Positions 28,940 through 38,244 of a stretch of 64,000 bases of DNA are shown here, piece after piece; position 1 is the stretch's first letter, and each line of letters begins with the position of its first letter. Origin of the DNA: a virus. Lineage: Duplodnaviria > Caudoviricetes. The notes below the pieces were generated by a model. It was not told the DNA's origin. It saw only the letters and a program-made list of their open reading frames with translations, and made no database searches. The DNA is taken from the IMG/VR virus record IMGVR_UViG_3300042479_000799, positions 18,197 to 82,196 of that record. One strand, given 5' to 3'. The position numbers and the translations under genes are program-made.

Positions 28940-29131
28940 TTAATTTCCCATCCAATTACTTACATTCTCAGGTCCATTTTGCGTATGAATACCCAAATAC
29001 TTTACCTTGGTTAAGTTCATCGGCACCTTGATACGTTTCCAATCCCATAATGATGGCAAATCACTGTCATCATCAGATTCCCATTCAATGTCTAGTATAA
29101 TTCTAGCACTTTTTGTTTTATTATCATTCAT
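28940..29131 (-). CDS. Hypothetical protein
   Basis: Start adjusted to overlap the ligase stop. Confidence 0.35.
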   Translation of the reverse strand: MNDNKTKSARIILDIEWESDDDSDLPSLWDWKRIKVPMNLTKVKYLGIHTQNGPENVSNWMGN

Positions 29132-30224
29132 AACTTTCACGGTCAATATTTGTGACGTAAGGAAACCTTGGAATTTCATCATCTGGTGTAAGATTAAAAT
29201 ACTTCACCGTAGCACTCTTTCCAATGTACTTGTCCTTATTCTTCAATAGTTCTTTTAGGTATTCCCTATTTCCTTTAATATTACTATGAAACTCAATATC
29301 CTTATGATTCTTGAATACCATATGTCCAGCCATACCACTCTTGTTGCCTAGACCTTCAACAATGTCAAGAATCTTGAATTCACTGTCTTTAAACTCTTTA
29401 CGCTTAAGAAGGTGTTTACTGCGTTTATTTTCATAAGGTCCATCAGTACGAACCATTTGACCTTCATAATCTTCATTAATGTACTTTTCATACAACTCAT
29501 TTAAATGTGTAATCGTGTCCACAAAGTGAGTCGGAACACGACGAACCACATTGTTATTAGTAAGATAAGTAGTAATGTCACTATTGCGGTCACTAAAAGT
29601 CTTCTGTACAATCCAGTCATATACCCAATATTGAATATTCTTTGCACTCTCAACCAAATCTTCTGGTGTAGGCTTAGTCTTCTTTACCAGACTACAAATA
29701 GCATTAAAATCATTGGCAAACTTATCAGCATACAATTCACCGTCAAGAATTGCATCAGGAAACTTATCAAAGAAAGGTTTCAATGCAACTAGTACATGCG
29801 GTGCTGAAACAATATGTTTACCATTACGGCTCCACATTCCATCCTTCTTTACAACACAACGAATGCCATCCAACTTTGGTTGACTATAAACAGGATACTT
29901 CAAATCATCCTTATAGTCATCATAGTTCTTTGCCAACATTGGTTCCGTAAAACCAATACCATCAATATCATTGATGTTTTCAAAGTAACCACTTTCCTTC
30001 TTTTTCTTCCAAGTAGCCTTTGCTTCTTTTGTGGCTTGATCTTCTGCGGAAGTAGCATTCTTCTTTCCGCTATTTTTAGCGTCACAAATAGTCCATTCAG
30101 TGATTTGAATTTTATCACTGTCAAGTTGACCGTAGTGAGTACGGTACTTGTTTCCTTCAGCTTCAATAATCCAAGTTTGGATAGCACCCGTATTTGTACG
30201 GGCAAACAACATAGGTAGTTTCAT
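29124..30224 (-). CDS. lig: ATP-dependent DNA ligase
   Basis: SQPKLDGIRC (motif I), LDGELY, EGQMVR, LLKRKEF, PRFP; N-terminal WGR-like domain. Confidence 0.92.
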   Translation of the reverse strand: MKLPMLFARTNTGAIQTWIIEAEGNKYRTHYGQLDSDKIQITEWTICDAKNSGKKNATSAEDQATKEAKATWKKKKESGYFENINDIDGIGFTEPMLAKNYDDYKDDLKYPVYSQPKLDGIRCVVKKDGMWSRNGKHIVSAPHVLVALKPFFDKFPDAILDGELYADKFANDFNAICSLVKKTKPTPEDLVESAKNIQYWVYDWIVQKTFSDRNSDITTYLTNNNVVRRVPTHFVDTITHLNELYEKYINEDYEGQMVRTDGPYENKRSKHLLKRKEFKDSEFKILDIVEGLGNKSGMAGHMVFKNHKDIEFHSNIKGNREYLKELLKNKDKYIGKSATVKYFNLTPDDEIPRFPYVTNIDRESYE

Positions 30225-30235
30225 ATCTTATAAAG

Positions 30236-30264
30236 AGATTATCATCGGATAGGTTCAAAGTCAA
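30236..30264 (-). promoter_or_regulatory. sigma70-like promoter
   Basis: TTGACT-N17-TAATCT upstream of the ligase. Confidence 0.6.
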
Positions 30265-30320
30265 GCATTTTTTACTTTCATATAAAATAAGAGATGTACT
30301 GTTACATACACCCCTTTTAG

Positions 30321-31337
30321 TTATTCTTTGCTTCCAAGAAGATATACATTACTAATAGCCTTGAAACTAAATTCTCGTTCAAGACCACGAACAACTACAC
30401 CCTCACGGTCAACATCCGCATTCAATACACTCTTACCCTCAGCATACTTCAACATATTATCAACCAAATTTTCATTGGGTAATACATATCCATACTTTTC
30501 AAGCACAGGTACCATAGGTACGTCAAACCTAAACAACAACCATTCCAGTTCATCGAAGAACATACGACGACCCTTATCAATATCATATCCAGTAAAGAAA
30601 AATAACTTGTGGTCAGTCAATTGATACAAATTACCATTGATATTTGAACCAATCAATTCTCCCTGAAGTGCAATGTTCTTGCCATACTTAGTCAACTTAT
30701 CCTTCAACTCAAGCATATTAGCCATACGCCATAAACTATTGTCATTGGTTTCAGTCAATTCCCAATTACGGCCACATACACCAAATACACCATTATTGAA
30801 GTAACAAGTAAAACTGGTACCATCTAACTTTTCAGTAACATACACTCGTTCTCCAAAAGGCACAAAACCAACATCAGTTTCAAAGTTCTGAATACGAATT
30901 TCATCAGTCTTTGGAATAAAACTAGGAAATGTACCCTTGATCTTTCCAGCCAATTGAGCAGGAATAGGTGGTTCATATTTTACAATATCAAGAGCTTCAG
31001 TCAAATCATCACCTTCCTTTGGATTAAGAATACCATCTGGAATTGGAGTCAATAGTCCTTGACTCAATTGTCCACGCAACTTAATGGTCTTAAGACGAAA
31101 TCCTTCAGATGATACCATACGCTTATAACTACTCTTGCGTAGAAATTCAAACTGAGGCCGAATAGGTAAGAAGCTGTCAATTTCATAGTAAACAGCCAAA
31201 TCACCCACATTAAATTCCCCCTTTTTCACAACAACCTTCCAACCCTTGACACTAGCCACAACAATGGCATCAGCACCAACAATAGGTTGAATGTCAACGA
31301 TTTTTACAACACTAGCCAATTTACGTTCAGTAGTCAT
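30321..31337 (-). CDS. RNA ligase, DRB0094 (Rnl5) family
   Basis: N-terminal RKLAS..I..I.PI.GAD OB fold, FIPKTDE, TEKLDGTS, LQGELIG, REGVVVR, FKAIS. Confidence 0.92.
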   Translation of the reverse strand: MTTERKLASVVKIVDIQPIVGADAIVVASVKGWKVVVKKGEFNVGDLAVYYEIDSFLPIRPQFEFLRKSSYKRMVSSEGFRLKTIKLRGQLSQGLLTPIPDGILNPKEGDDLTEALDIVKYEPPIPAQLAGKIKGTFPSFIPKTDEIRIQNFETDVGFVPFGERVYVTEKLDGTSFTCYFNNGVFGVCGRNWELTETNDNSLWRMANMLELKDKLTKYGKNIALQGELIGSNINGNLYQLTDHKLFFFTGYDIDKGRRMFFDELEWLLFRFDVPMVPVLEKYGYVLPNENLVDNMLKYAEGKSVLNADVDREGVVVRGLEREFSFKAISNVYLLGSKE

Positions 31338-31361
31338 ATTTACTTTTTCTATTACTCCTAA

Positions 31362-31390
31362 AGATTACCACAGACTTTAAACGAAGTCAA
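31362..31390 (-). promoter_or_regulatory. sigma70-like promoter (extended -10)
   Basis: TTGACT-N17-TAATCT preceded by GTGG. Confidence 0.6.
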
Positions 31391-31391
31391 C

Positions 31392-31419
31392 AAAAAATCC
31401 CATCTTTTTACGGATGGGA
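31392..31419. terminator. Terminator-like hairpin
   Basis: TCCCATC / GATGGGA with A tract. Confidence 0.6.
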
Positions 31420-31427
31420 CTGTAACG

Positions 31428-32102
31428 TTAATGATGTTTATCTTTGCTTACATGATTCTTGTTCATCATAATTTTCTGAATCTCTGGAAAAGACAACGGC
31501 TTACCATGACCATCCCAACCCACATCCAAAATTTTATTGTCTGGATTTTCCAACCGAGTGGTTGGATTGCTATAGTGACTATGTCCACTCAACTGACAAG
31601 CACCTTTTTGCATTTGATTCCAAATTTGGTGTGGGTAATGATGAATAACAATCATATGACCATTTACAATCAGTTCCTTATAATAACCCAGATAAGTTAG
31701 TTTACCAATTGTATATGGATACACTTCAATGCCATCATTAGGATTGTTACCACTGAATCTAACCAAATTCAAATGGCCAGCAACAGCATCTTCATAGTGT
31801 CTACGAATACAACTGTTGTGATTACCCCAAATATACAGAATGCTTTGACAATTGATTCTGTTGAGAATTACATCAAATTCAGGCGGAGTAATGTTTAGAC
31901 AAAAATCACCCAGATGAATTAGTGTATCTTGTGGACGTACTACTTCATTAATCTTTGCAATCAACGCATCATTGTGTTCATAACGATTCTTATATCCTCT
32001 AGTTTCATATATGAATTTTTGATCATGGTTAAAATGAGTATCACTGGTGAAATACACACGGTGACTATCATTATGTGTTAGTTTTAGTGGTCTTTCAAAC
32101 AT
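31428..32102 (-). CDS. Metallophosphoesterase (RNA end-healing type)
   Basis: TSDTHFNH, HLGDF, WGNH, HHYP, SGHSH, DVGWD. Confidence 0.85.
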   Translation of the reverse strand: MFERPLKLTHNDSHRVYFTSDTHFNHDQKFIYETRGYKNRYEHNDALIAKINEVVRPQDTLIHLGDFCLNITPPEFDVILNRINCQSILYIWGNHNSCIRRHYEDAVAGHLNLVRFSGNNPNDGIEVYPYTIGKLTYLGYYKELIVNGHMIVIHHYPHQIWNQMQKGACQLSGHSHYSNPTTRLENPDNKILDVGWDGHGKPLSFPEIQKIMMNKNHVSKDKHH

Positions 32103-32553
32103 AAATTATTACATCAATTCCTTCACTATATGAAGGTTCTTCAAACTTGTTCAACATTTTGTCAATGACAAAATCAGGTACAACTCTACCGCCTTGTTCT
32201 CCTCGTTTCTTATTTCTATCAATTAATCCTTGACGATCCATCTTGAACACAATAGCAACTACTTTTGCACCATATTTCTTTGCGGTGTTGATATAGTCAC
32301 TTCGTTCTTTACGGTTTACACTGGTTGCATCAACCAATACATTTTTACCATCTTTTAGAAGTTCGTCAACCTTTTTTTTGATGTGTCCAAAAACGATTGA
32401 TGTTACTGATTGGTCAGTCTCATCTTTGCCATATACAGCACGTAGTGAATCACTGCTTAGATATTCTATGTCTTTATCTTTAATAAAGTTCTTGACATAA
32501 GTGGACTTACCACTTCCAGGCAATCCAACCGTAATATAAAGTGTATTATTCAT
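32095..32553 (-). CDS. Polynucleotide kinase-like P-loop protein (AAA_33)
   Basis: GLPGSGKSTY, SSDSLR, VDATS, RNKKR. Confidence 0.85.
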   Translation of the reverse strand: MNNTLYITVGLPGSGKSTYVKNFIKDKDIEYLSSDSLRAVYGKDETDQSVTSIVFGHIKKKVDELLKDGKNVLVDATSVNRKERSDYINTAKKYGAKVVAIVFKMDRQGLIDRNKKRGEQGGRVVPDFVIDKMLNKFEEPSYSEGIDVIIYV

Positions 32554-32686
32554 ATGTACATCTTAATTCAACTTGTTATAAAGTCAAGAAAATTGTAAAG
32601 GAAAAGTAAAACTTGTTTATTTCATATAGGTAGTATAGTATGTATAGAATGTAATCTATGGTGGTTACTAAACGAAAGGAAAATAT

Positions 32687-33025
32687 ATGTATAAGTATCT
32701 ATTAGTGTTAGTCGCAGCATTTACCCTAAACGCTGAGCTTTTAGGCCCCCCAAATGCTCAACAAGGTAAACCTCCCGGTGAAGGCCGTCCATTCCGTCCC
32801 AAGTTGACGGAAGAACAAAAGAAGCAACGTAATGAATTGATTGCTAAATATGACGCAAACAAAGATGGTAAGATGGACAAGGAAGAACGTGCCAAAGTCA
32901 GTGATGCTGACCGTAAATTAATGAGAAGTTTTGGTCCTCCTCCTGGCGGTCCAAGAGGTCCAAAACATGATGGTCCTCCTCCAACTAAAGATGGTAATAG
33001 ACCAAGTAAACCAAAGAAAGATTAA
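32687..33025 (+). CDS. Secreted EF-hand protein
   Basis: Signal peptide MYKYLLVLVAAFTLNA; loop DANKDGKMDKEE; P/G-rich flanks. Confidence 0.75.
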   Translation: MYKYLLVLVAAFTLNAELLGPPNAQQGKPPGEGRPFRPKLTEEQKKQRNELIAKYDANKDGKMDKEERAKVSDADRKLMRSFGPPPGGPRGPKHDGPPPTKDGNRPSKPKKD

Positions 33026-33032
33026 ATCAAAT

Positions 33033-33059
33033 AACCTCACTTTTATAGTGGGGTTTTTT
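33033..33059. terminator. Terminator between convergent genes
   Basis: AACCTCACT / AGTGGGGTT followed by T tract. Confidence 0.7.
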
Positions 33060-33381
33060 ATTTCTTGCGTCTTTTTGGTTTTTGTGTGGGTGTTTTATTA
33101 CCACCTAATTTTTCTATAAAGTTTTCACTAATAATTTCCACTAACTTTAAACCTATGAATCCCGCAATGAATGCAATACCATTTTGATTTTTAATACTGG
33201 TAATATTCAATAATTCTACCAAGACTGGCGTTAAATAGTTAGCAGCTGCCATACCACCTATCAATGATAATACTACAGATTTTACATCTGTTTTATCTGA
33301 TTTTGTTGTCATTAAGATTGCGCCAAATAAACCACTGAATAAGAATCCTATTTGGATACCGAATTTTTGTAAGTATTCCAT
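33058..33381 (-). CDS. Holin-like small membrane protein
   Basis: Three hydrophobic helices and a very basic C-terminal tail (KPKRRKK). Confidence 0.55.
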   Translation of the reverse strand: MEYLQKFGIQIGFLFSGLFGAILMTTKSDKTDVKSVVLSLIGGMAAANYLTPVLVELLNITSIKNQNGIAFIAGFIGLKLVEIISENFIEKLGGNKTPTQKPKRRKK

Positions 33382-33384
33382 ATA

Positions 33385-34005
33385 TTATTTTTTTCTTTTG
33401 ATTCTTTTTCTTATTTTTGTAACGGGTTTATTTTCTTGTTTTATAAGATATACCATTCCTAATATTATGAAACAAAGTGTATATAGATATATGTTTAATT
33501 TAACTATTTCATCTTTGATAATCTTTTCAGAACTATCATTGATTAATGTTCTAAAATTTTGATTGTTTTCTATTATTCTTCTTTTGTAATCCAAATATTT
33601 ATCACTGAAAAATGCTTTATTATCCATCTTTTCAAATGCTGGATTTTCTACATCTTTAGCCAAGTCACTGCTTATGTCCAATCCTTTTCTAAATTCTTTT
33701 AGTTCATCTTGGGTTAATATCTTGCTCGTCAAGATTTCCTCGTTAAAGTATTTTTCCCGTTCTTTTAAGTGTTCATTAAATTGATTAAGAAACTTTTTAT
33801 CAGCGGTTGTTGTATATGCTACGCCTAGATAAGTTAACAAGTCAGTAGACTTTCGTAAATATAGTGTAATATCTCTACCAAATCTAAATCTGGTATAACT
33901 TTGTTCTATGTCTTTAAGACTGGAAATAGATAATAAGGTTATAACTGCTACGGGTAATAATACAAACCATAGGTAACTTTTAATTTTTATAATAACACTG
34001 TTCAT
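33385..34005 (-). CDS. Two-TM protein resembling a chemoreceptor/kinase extracytoplasmic sensor domain, no output domain
   Basis: TM - STDLLT..AY..T.DKKFL...GLDISSDL...FFSDKYLDYK - TM - short basic tail. Confidence 0.5.
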   Translation of the reverse strand: MNSVIIKIKSYLWFVLLPVAVITLLSISSLKDIEQSYTRFRFGRDITLYLRKSTDLLTYLGVAYTTTADKKFLNQFNEHLKEREKYFNEEILTSKILTQDELKEFRKGLDISSDLAKDVENPAFEKMDNKAFFSDKYLDYKRRIIENNQNFRTLINDSSEKIIKDEIVKLNIYLYTLCFIILGMVYLIKQENKPVTKIRKRIKRKK

Positions 34006-34046
34006 ATGTTATTATATAACTATTATAAAAAGATTAATATGATGTA

Positions 34047-34433
34047 TTATCTTTTAATCTTGAAATTGAAGTCTATTACTAAACCTTCGTTTATTGACCA
34101 CATTGTTAATTTTTCGTGTATATCTTGTAGATTTTCTCTTACTGTTTTTGACATTAAATCATCAATTATATCAATAATGGTGAATGTGGTTTCAATTTGT
34201 TTGTCTTTATTTGGCAATATAACCATTTTTAATTTTTTTTCAAATTGTATGTCATTGCCATAACTTTGTATCAAAATTCTATGTAATTCTAATATATAAG
34301 ATCTTAAATGATCAATATCACTACCAGTTACGGTTGAAACAATGGTTAAATCTTCATTCGGTCTAAATCCAGGTGCAAAATCTATTTCACATAAACATTC
34401 TTTTATCAATTGTTTTAATTCTGTTTTGGTCAT
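34047..34433 (-). CDS. Leader-bearing late hypothetical protein
   Basis: MTKTELKQLIKECLCE; TATTTATA 5 nt upstream. Confidence 0.6.
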   Translation of the reverse strand: MTKTELKQLIKECLCEIDFAPGFRPNEDLTIVSTVTGSDIDHLRSYILELHRILIQSYGNDIQFEKKLKMVILPNKDKQIETTFTIIDIIDDLMSKTVRENLQDIHEKLTMWSINEGLVIDFNFKIKR

Positions 34434-34454
34434 ATCAATATAAATATTGACTTG

Positions 34455-34487
34455 AAATAAAAAACCCCACTAAATTAATAGCGGGGT
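34455..34487. repeat. Terminator-hairpin direct repeat, copy 1
   Basis: AAATAAAAAACCCCACTAAATTAATAGCGGGGT; 32/33 identical to 35279-35311. Confidence 0.85.
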
Positions 34488-34509
34488 CTTTGATTAATAT
34501 TTTACTAGT

Positions 34510-35238
34510 TTATTGTTCAAAAAATCCTCTACCAAGCATTTTTTCGGCTTTTTCAATTGCTAATGTAAGTATTTTTACATCTTGTACATCTTTTTTATAA
34601 TCCGCATTTTTTAAACGATTTAGAAGTTCATCGTAATTACTACCAAGTTCTGCTTTTAATTTTTGTTTATTATCTGGAATAAGAGCAAGTAATAACAATC
34701 TTGCAATTTTTCTTTTATTATCTAATCTCTTGTATTTTTGCCATCCAATCGTTCCGAGAGTTTGTATCAAACTACTCACTGGTTTTTTGAGCTTTTCCAC
34801 TTCATTTCTTTCTTTCTGGTTTATATCACTTATGTCCGAATATTCTTTTTCTCGTTCTGTCCAGCTTTTATACGCTCCTGTATCAAATTTAGCGGAACTG
34901 CCCCTAACATCATATGGTTTAAAATTATCAGTTTTTTCCCAATTATTTTTACCTTGATACTTAATTTGATTCAAATATCTTACAAAATTATCTTCATCAG
35001 TACTAAGAGAATATCTAGCATAACCTGCTACAGTTTCTTTGAATTTATTACGTGCTTCTTCTTCGGGACTGACATATGGACCTAATTTATCTCTGGGGTC
35101 TGTTTTGTATCCATCACCATCTGAACGCATTTCACCACCTATGGTGGCTACGTCGTCCCATCGTTCATTTATATTTAAGTGTTTGTGAAGCAATTTAAGA
35201 TGCTTTTGAAATGTTTCGCTTAGTATGTCTTTGCTCAT
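34510..35238 (-). CDS. Leader-bearing late hypothetical protein
   Basis: MSKDILSE...LNINE; lies between the two repeats. Confidence 0.6.
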   Translation of the reverse strand: MSKDILSETFQKHLKLLHKHLNINERWDDVATIGGEMRSDGDGYKTDPRDKLGPYVSPEEEARNKFKETVAGYARYSLSTDEDNFVRYLNQIKYQGKNNWEKTDNFKPYDVRGSSAKFDTGAYKSWTEREKEYSDISDINQKERNEVEKLKKPVSSLIQTLGTIGWQKYKRLDNKRKIARLLLLALIPDNKQKLKAELGSNYDELLNRLKNADYKKDVQDVKILTLAIEKAEKMLGRGFFEQ

Positions 35239-35278
35239 AATTTAAAATTTCTTTGTATTAAATATAAATATATAGAAA

Positions 35279-35311
35279 AAATAAAAAACCCCACTAAATT
35301 AATAGTGGGGT
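35279..35311. repeat. Terminator-hairpin direct repeat, copy 2
   Basis: AAATAAAAAACCCCACTAAATTAATAGTGGGGT. Confidence 0.85.
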
Positions 35312-35327
35312 TAACTATTTTAAATAT

Positions 35328-35543
35328 TTACTTTTTACAAACGAATTCTTGATAAACTCGTTCTGCTCTAGCTAATGCATCACTAAGTGGAATATCACCA
35401 ATATATTCAAGTGGTTTTCCACTTTTTTCAGCGTTGTATTGAGCTATTTCTCTTTTATTATACCATTCATCTTTGGTTAGCTGAACCATTTCTCTTAGAA
35501 TTTCCCAACGCAATTCGTAGGGAGTTTTATTATTATCTGCCAT
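35328..35543 (-). CDS. Small phage hypothetical protein
   Basis: KTPYELRWEIL...; start adjusted to ATG 35543. Confidence 0.55.
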   Translation of the reverse strand: MADNNKTPYELRWEILREMVQLTKDEWYNKREIAQYNAEKSGKPLEYIGDIPLSDALARAERVYQEFVCKK

Positions 35544-35626
35544 ATTTTTCCTTTGTGTTTGTGTGTTATGATAGCCGTATTTGACTATCACTTATACATA
35601 TGTAAGAAAACCCCTACCAATTTATT

Positions 35627-36730
35627 TTAATTCTTTAGAACTTGAAATAGTAACTTCTTATATTCATCCTTACCAAATGACTTACCATCCAGTAACTTGA
35701 ATACAAAAGCAGCCCTGTTTGTTTCACCATATGATGATATAACCAATTGTGCTTGTTCCTTTCGTGAAGGCAATGAACGAAGTCTGTTATTAACAAAATT
35801 ATTCATACCATCCACAATCTTGTTGACTTCCTTCTTACCATCCACAATACGGCTAATCATTCCTTTAACCTGTTCTGCTAACTCAAAATCAAAAGTGGTA
35901 AAGATATAGTTATAGAAAGTCTGATAATCAGGCATACCCTGTTCTAGCCAGACATCCAATACTTTTTCAATGTTACTTAGTTCTGACTTCATATGATGTA
36001 GAGCAAGATACCAAGCACCCTTTACCTTGTGAAGCATTTGGTCATTCTTTGAATAAACAACCACACCTTCCTTACCTCTCCATTGATCAACATCCTTTAA
36101 CAGATCTTGAACACTAGAAAAAGTATAAGTAGCAGGACGCTTGAAGCCATACTTCTTGCTCCACATGTCAAGTTCTGATTGAGTAAACAGTGAATAATCA
36201 CTGTGGTTAACAATACCAACAATATACCAATCAGGCTCTTCACCATAATTGAGAACAATTTTGTTGATAGGGCTAACCCACTCAAACAACAAAGACACAT
36301 TCCAAGTTTCAGGTGTAGCCATACCCAATCTTTGAAGACTATCTTTGAAACGCTCCTTGAAAATTTCAAGTTCGTGACCATTAGCCATAGTAGAAGCATC
36401 AACAGTTCCACGGGTACGCAGAATATATTGACCATTATACTTGCTAACAATTAAAGTGCTACCGTCCAACTTTTCAACTACAGTAGTATTCTTTAGTGAT
36501 GTAGGAACAGGAAAGTGTTCGGGATTCTCCCCATAGTTGGTAAACTTTGGAAACGATGCACTAATAACTTCACCCGCATAATTCACAACCACACTACGCA
36601 TGTGCTTGTTGTCTTGTCGCCATTGCGTTCCGATGTGTTGTGGCTGAATCAAATGGACAATTTCACCGTTAAGTGAATGTTCATGCACCATAAATTGGGT
36701 GCGGTCAATTGAGGAAATATCAATCTTCAT
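35627..36730 (-). CDS. RNA ligase, T4 Rnl1-like
   Basis: RSVV...ISASFPKFTNYGE, EKLDGS, RTRG, FEWVSP.NKIV, EGVVV, KVKG.WY. Confidence 0.85.
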   Translation of the reverse strand: MKIDISSIDRTQFMVHEHSLNGEIVHLIQPQHIGTQWRQDNKHMRSVVVNYAGEVISASFPKFTNYGENPEHFPVPTSLKNTTVVEKLDGSTLIVSKYNGQYILRTRGTVDASTMANGHELEIFKERFKDSLQRLGMATPETWNVSLLFEWVSPINKIVLNYGEEPDWYIVGIVNHSDYSLFTQSELDMWSKKYGFKRPATYTFSSVQDLLKDVDQWRGKEGVVVYSKNDQMLHKVKGAWYLALHHMKSELSNIEKVLDVWLEQGMPDYQTFYNYIFTTFDFELAEQVKGMISRIVDGKKEVNKIVDGMNNFVNNRLRSLPSRKEQAQLVISSYGETNRAAFVFKLLDGKSFGKDEYKKLLFQVLKN

Positions 36731-36736
36731 ACAAAT

Positions 36737-36765
36737 ACCTTACCGCAGATTTTAAAGAAAGTCAA
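36737..36765 (-). promoter_or_regulatory. sigma70-like promoter
   Basis: TTGACT-N17-TAAGGT with GCGG extension. Confidence 0.55.
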
Positions 36766-37284
36766 TCATAGAAAGGTTACATTTTCAAATCCAACTATAT
36801 AACCACCATTTTTATCAATTTTATCACTGACAGTTACTTGATAAGTTTCTGGCTTAATTCCAGTAATGTAGTGATTCTCATACTTACGAATACCTTGTTT
36901 GACATTAACCTTCTTACCAACTACATCATCTGGAATGGTCAAGAAGTTCTCCTTAACCCATTGACTCAACATTTCTGTTTCAAGTGAACTCTTAACAAAA
37001 GTTACATCTTCCAGAATATGAACAAGTTCACTATCAGGCTCAATATACTTATATTCACTCAAATGTTGAGCAAGTGCAAATCCATCCAAGTCATATTCCT
37101 CAAGACATTCAATAATGTCATTTTCATATGTTGAACGATGTTCCGTAAAATAATCATCTTGATTCCACTTTTGGTAACTATCCACTAGACTTTTGAAACG
37201 AGGATTTTCACGGTTGATAGTTTTGGCATCAAACACAGGACGTTTTACTGCATCTTTTAGCTTCATATAGGTTTGTTCACTCAT
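36766..37284 (-). CDS. Hypothetical protein
   Basis: 172-aa ORF after a TTGACT-N16-TAATCT promoter (37291-37318). Confidence 0.6.
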   Translation of the reverse strand: MSEQTYMKLKDAVKRPVFDAKTINRENPRFKSLVDSYQKWNQDDYFTEHRSTYENDIIECLEEYDLDGFALAQHLSEYKYIEPDSELVHILEDVTFVKSSLETEMLSQWVKENFLTIPDDVVGKKVNVKQGIRKYENHYITGIKPETYQVTVSDKIDKNGGYIVGFENVTFL

Positions 37285-37333
37285 AAGTCTAGATTACCAC
37301 GAATTTAAAGAAAGTCAAGATACTTTTTTAGGT

Positions 37334-37471
37334 TCAAGTCAATCCCCAGATAACAGAGACCAGTACAAACCACCACCAGCTGAAGGTAGCTCCACTGAGC
37401 TTCTTATACAGAAGGTATCCCCAACACACGGCCATGATGGCATTGGAAGTAATAGTGAAAGTCAAGTTCAT
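37334..37471 (-). CDS. Small membrane peptide (45 aa, not in ORF track)
   Basis: Manually read MNLTFTITSNAIMAVCWGYLL...WWWFVLVSVIWGLT*. Confidence 0.45.
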   Translation of the reverse strand: MNLTFTITSNAIMAVCWGYLLYKKLSGATFSWWWFVLVSVIWGLT

Positions 37472-37475
37472 ATTT

Positions 37476-37676
37476 TTATTTAGTATTTTTCAATTTCCAG
37501 TCTGGAATTTGACCAGCAAACCAAAAAAAGTCTTCTTCAAAACTATAATGAAAAGTTTGATTAGTAGCATTGTTATATGCTTCAATTACGGTTCTGTCAT
37601 TCAATTGTCGCTGTTTACCCCTAAATTCCATATGAGGATATTTAGCTTTAATTTCATCTGGAACATGAATATTCAT
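37476..37676 (-). CDS. Hypothetical protein
   Basis: Small ORF. Confidence 0.5.
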   Translation of the reverse strand: MNIHVPDEIKAKYPHMEFRGKQRQLNDRTVIEAYNNATNQTFHYSFEEDFFWFAGQIPDWKLKNTK

Positions 37677-38007
37677 ATCACTTTTCGGAAATCCAATCGT
37701 GAAATCGTTGTGGTAAACATATATAAATTACTATAGTTGCCAACGATATTGTTACTGGAGATATATCTATCTTAAATAACTGATAAAGCAATATACTTGC
37801 AAACAACGATAGTGCTAAATTAACAATAAAAATACAAAATAATTTCATAAAAACAATGCTTGTATACTCTTTAACTTACGGTTCAATTCACTATTAATTT
37901 CTTCTAACTGTTCAACTTCTTGTCTTAGTTTAGCATTTTCTTTGTGTAATGTATGTATCTGATCCATCAAATCATTTAAGATATCTGCATTTGATTCATA
38001 TTCCATA

Positions 38008-38220
38008 TTATTCTACCTTTCCATATACTGTTTCAACATCTGTATAATAATTATCCAATCCATGTGGACGAATAGTGAACTTCCAAACCTTTTCACGGTC
38101 CTTGAAGTTATAACCACTGATATAACCAATGCCATGATTGGTATTTACCTTATCACCAAGATGATAAGGAAGTGGATTTTCCGCAAGAACCTTAGCAAAC
38201 AGTTCATTGTTATTAATCAT
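38008..38220 (-). CDS. Hypothetical protein
   Basis: Small ORF after a TTGACA-N17-TACATT promoter. Confidence 0.5.
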   Translation of the reverse strand: MINNNELFAKVLAENPLPYHLGDKVNTNHGIGYISGYNFKDREKVWKFTIRPHGLDNYYTDVETVYGKVE

Positions 38221-38244
38221 ATATACAATGTACCACGGGTTTTT

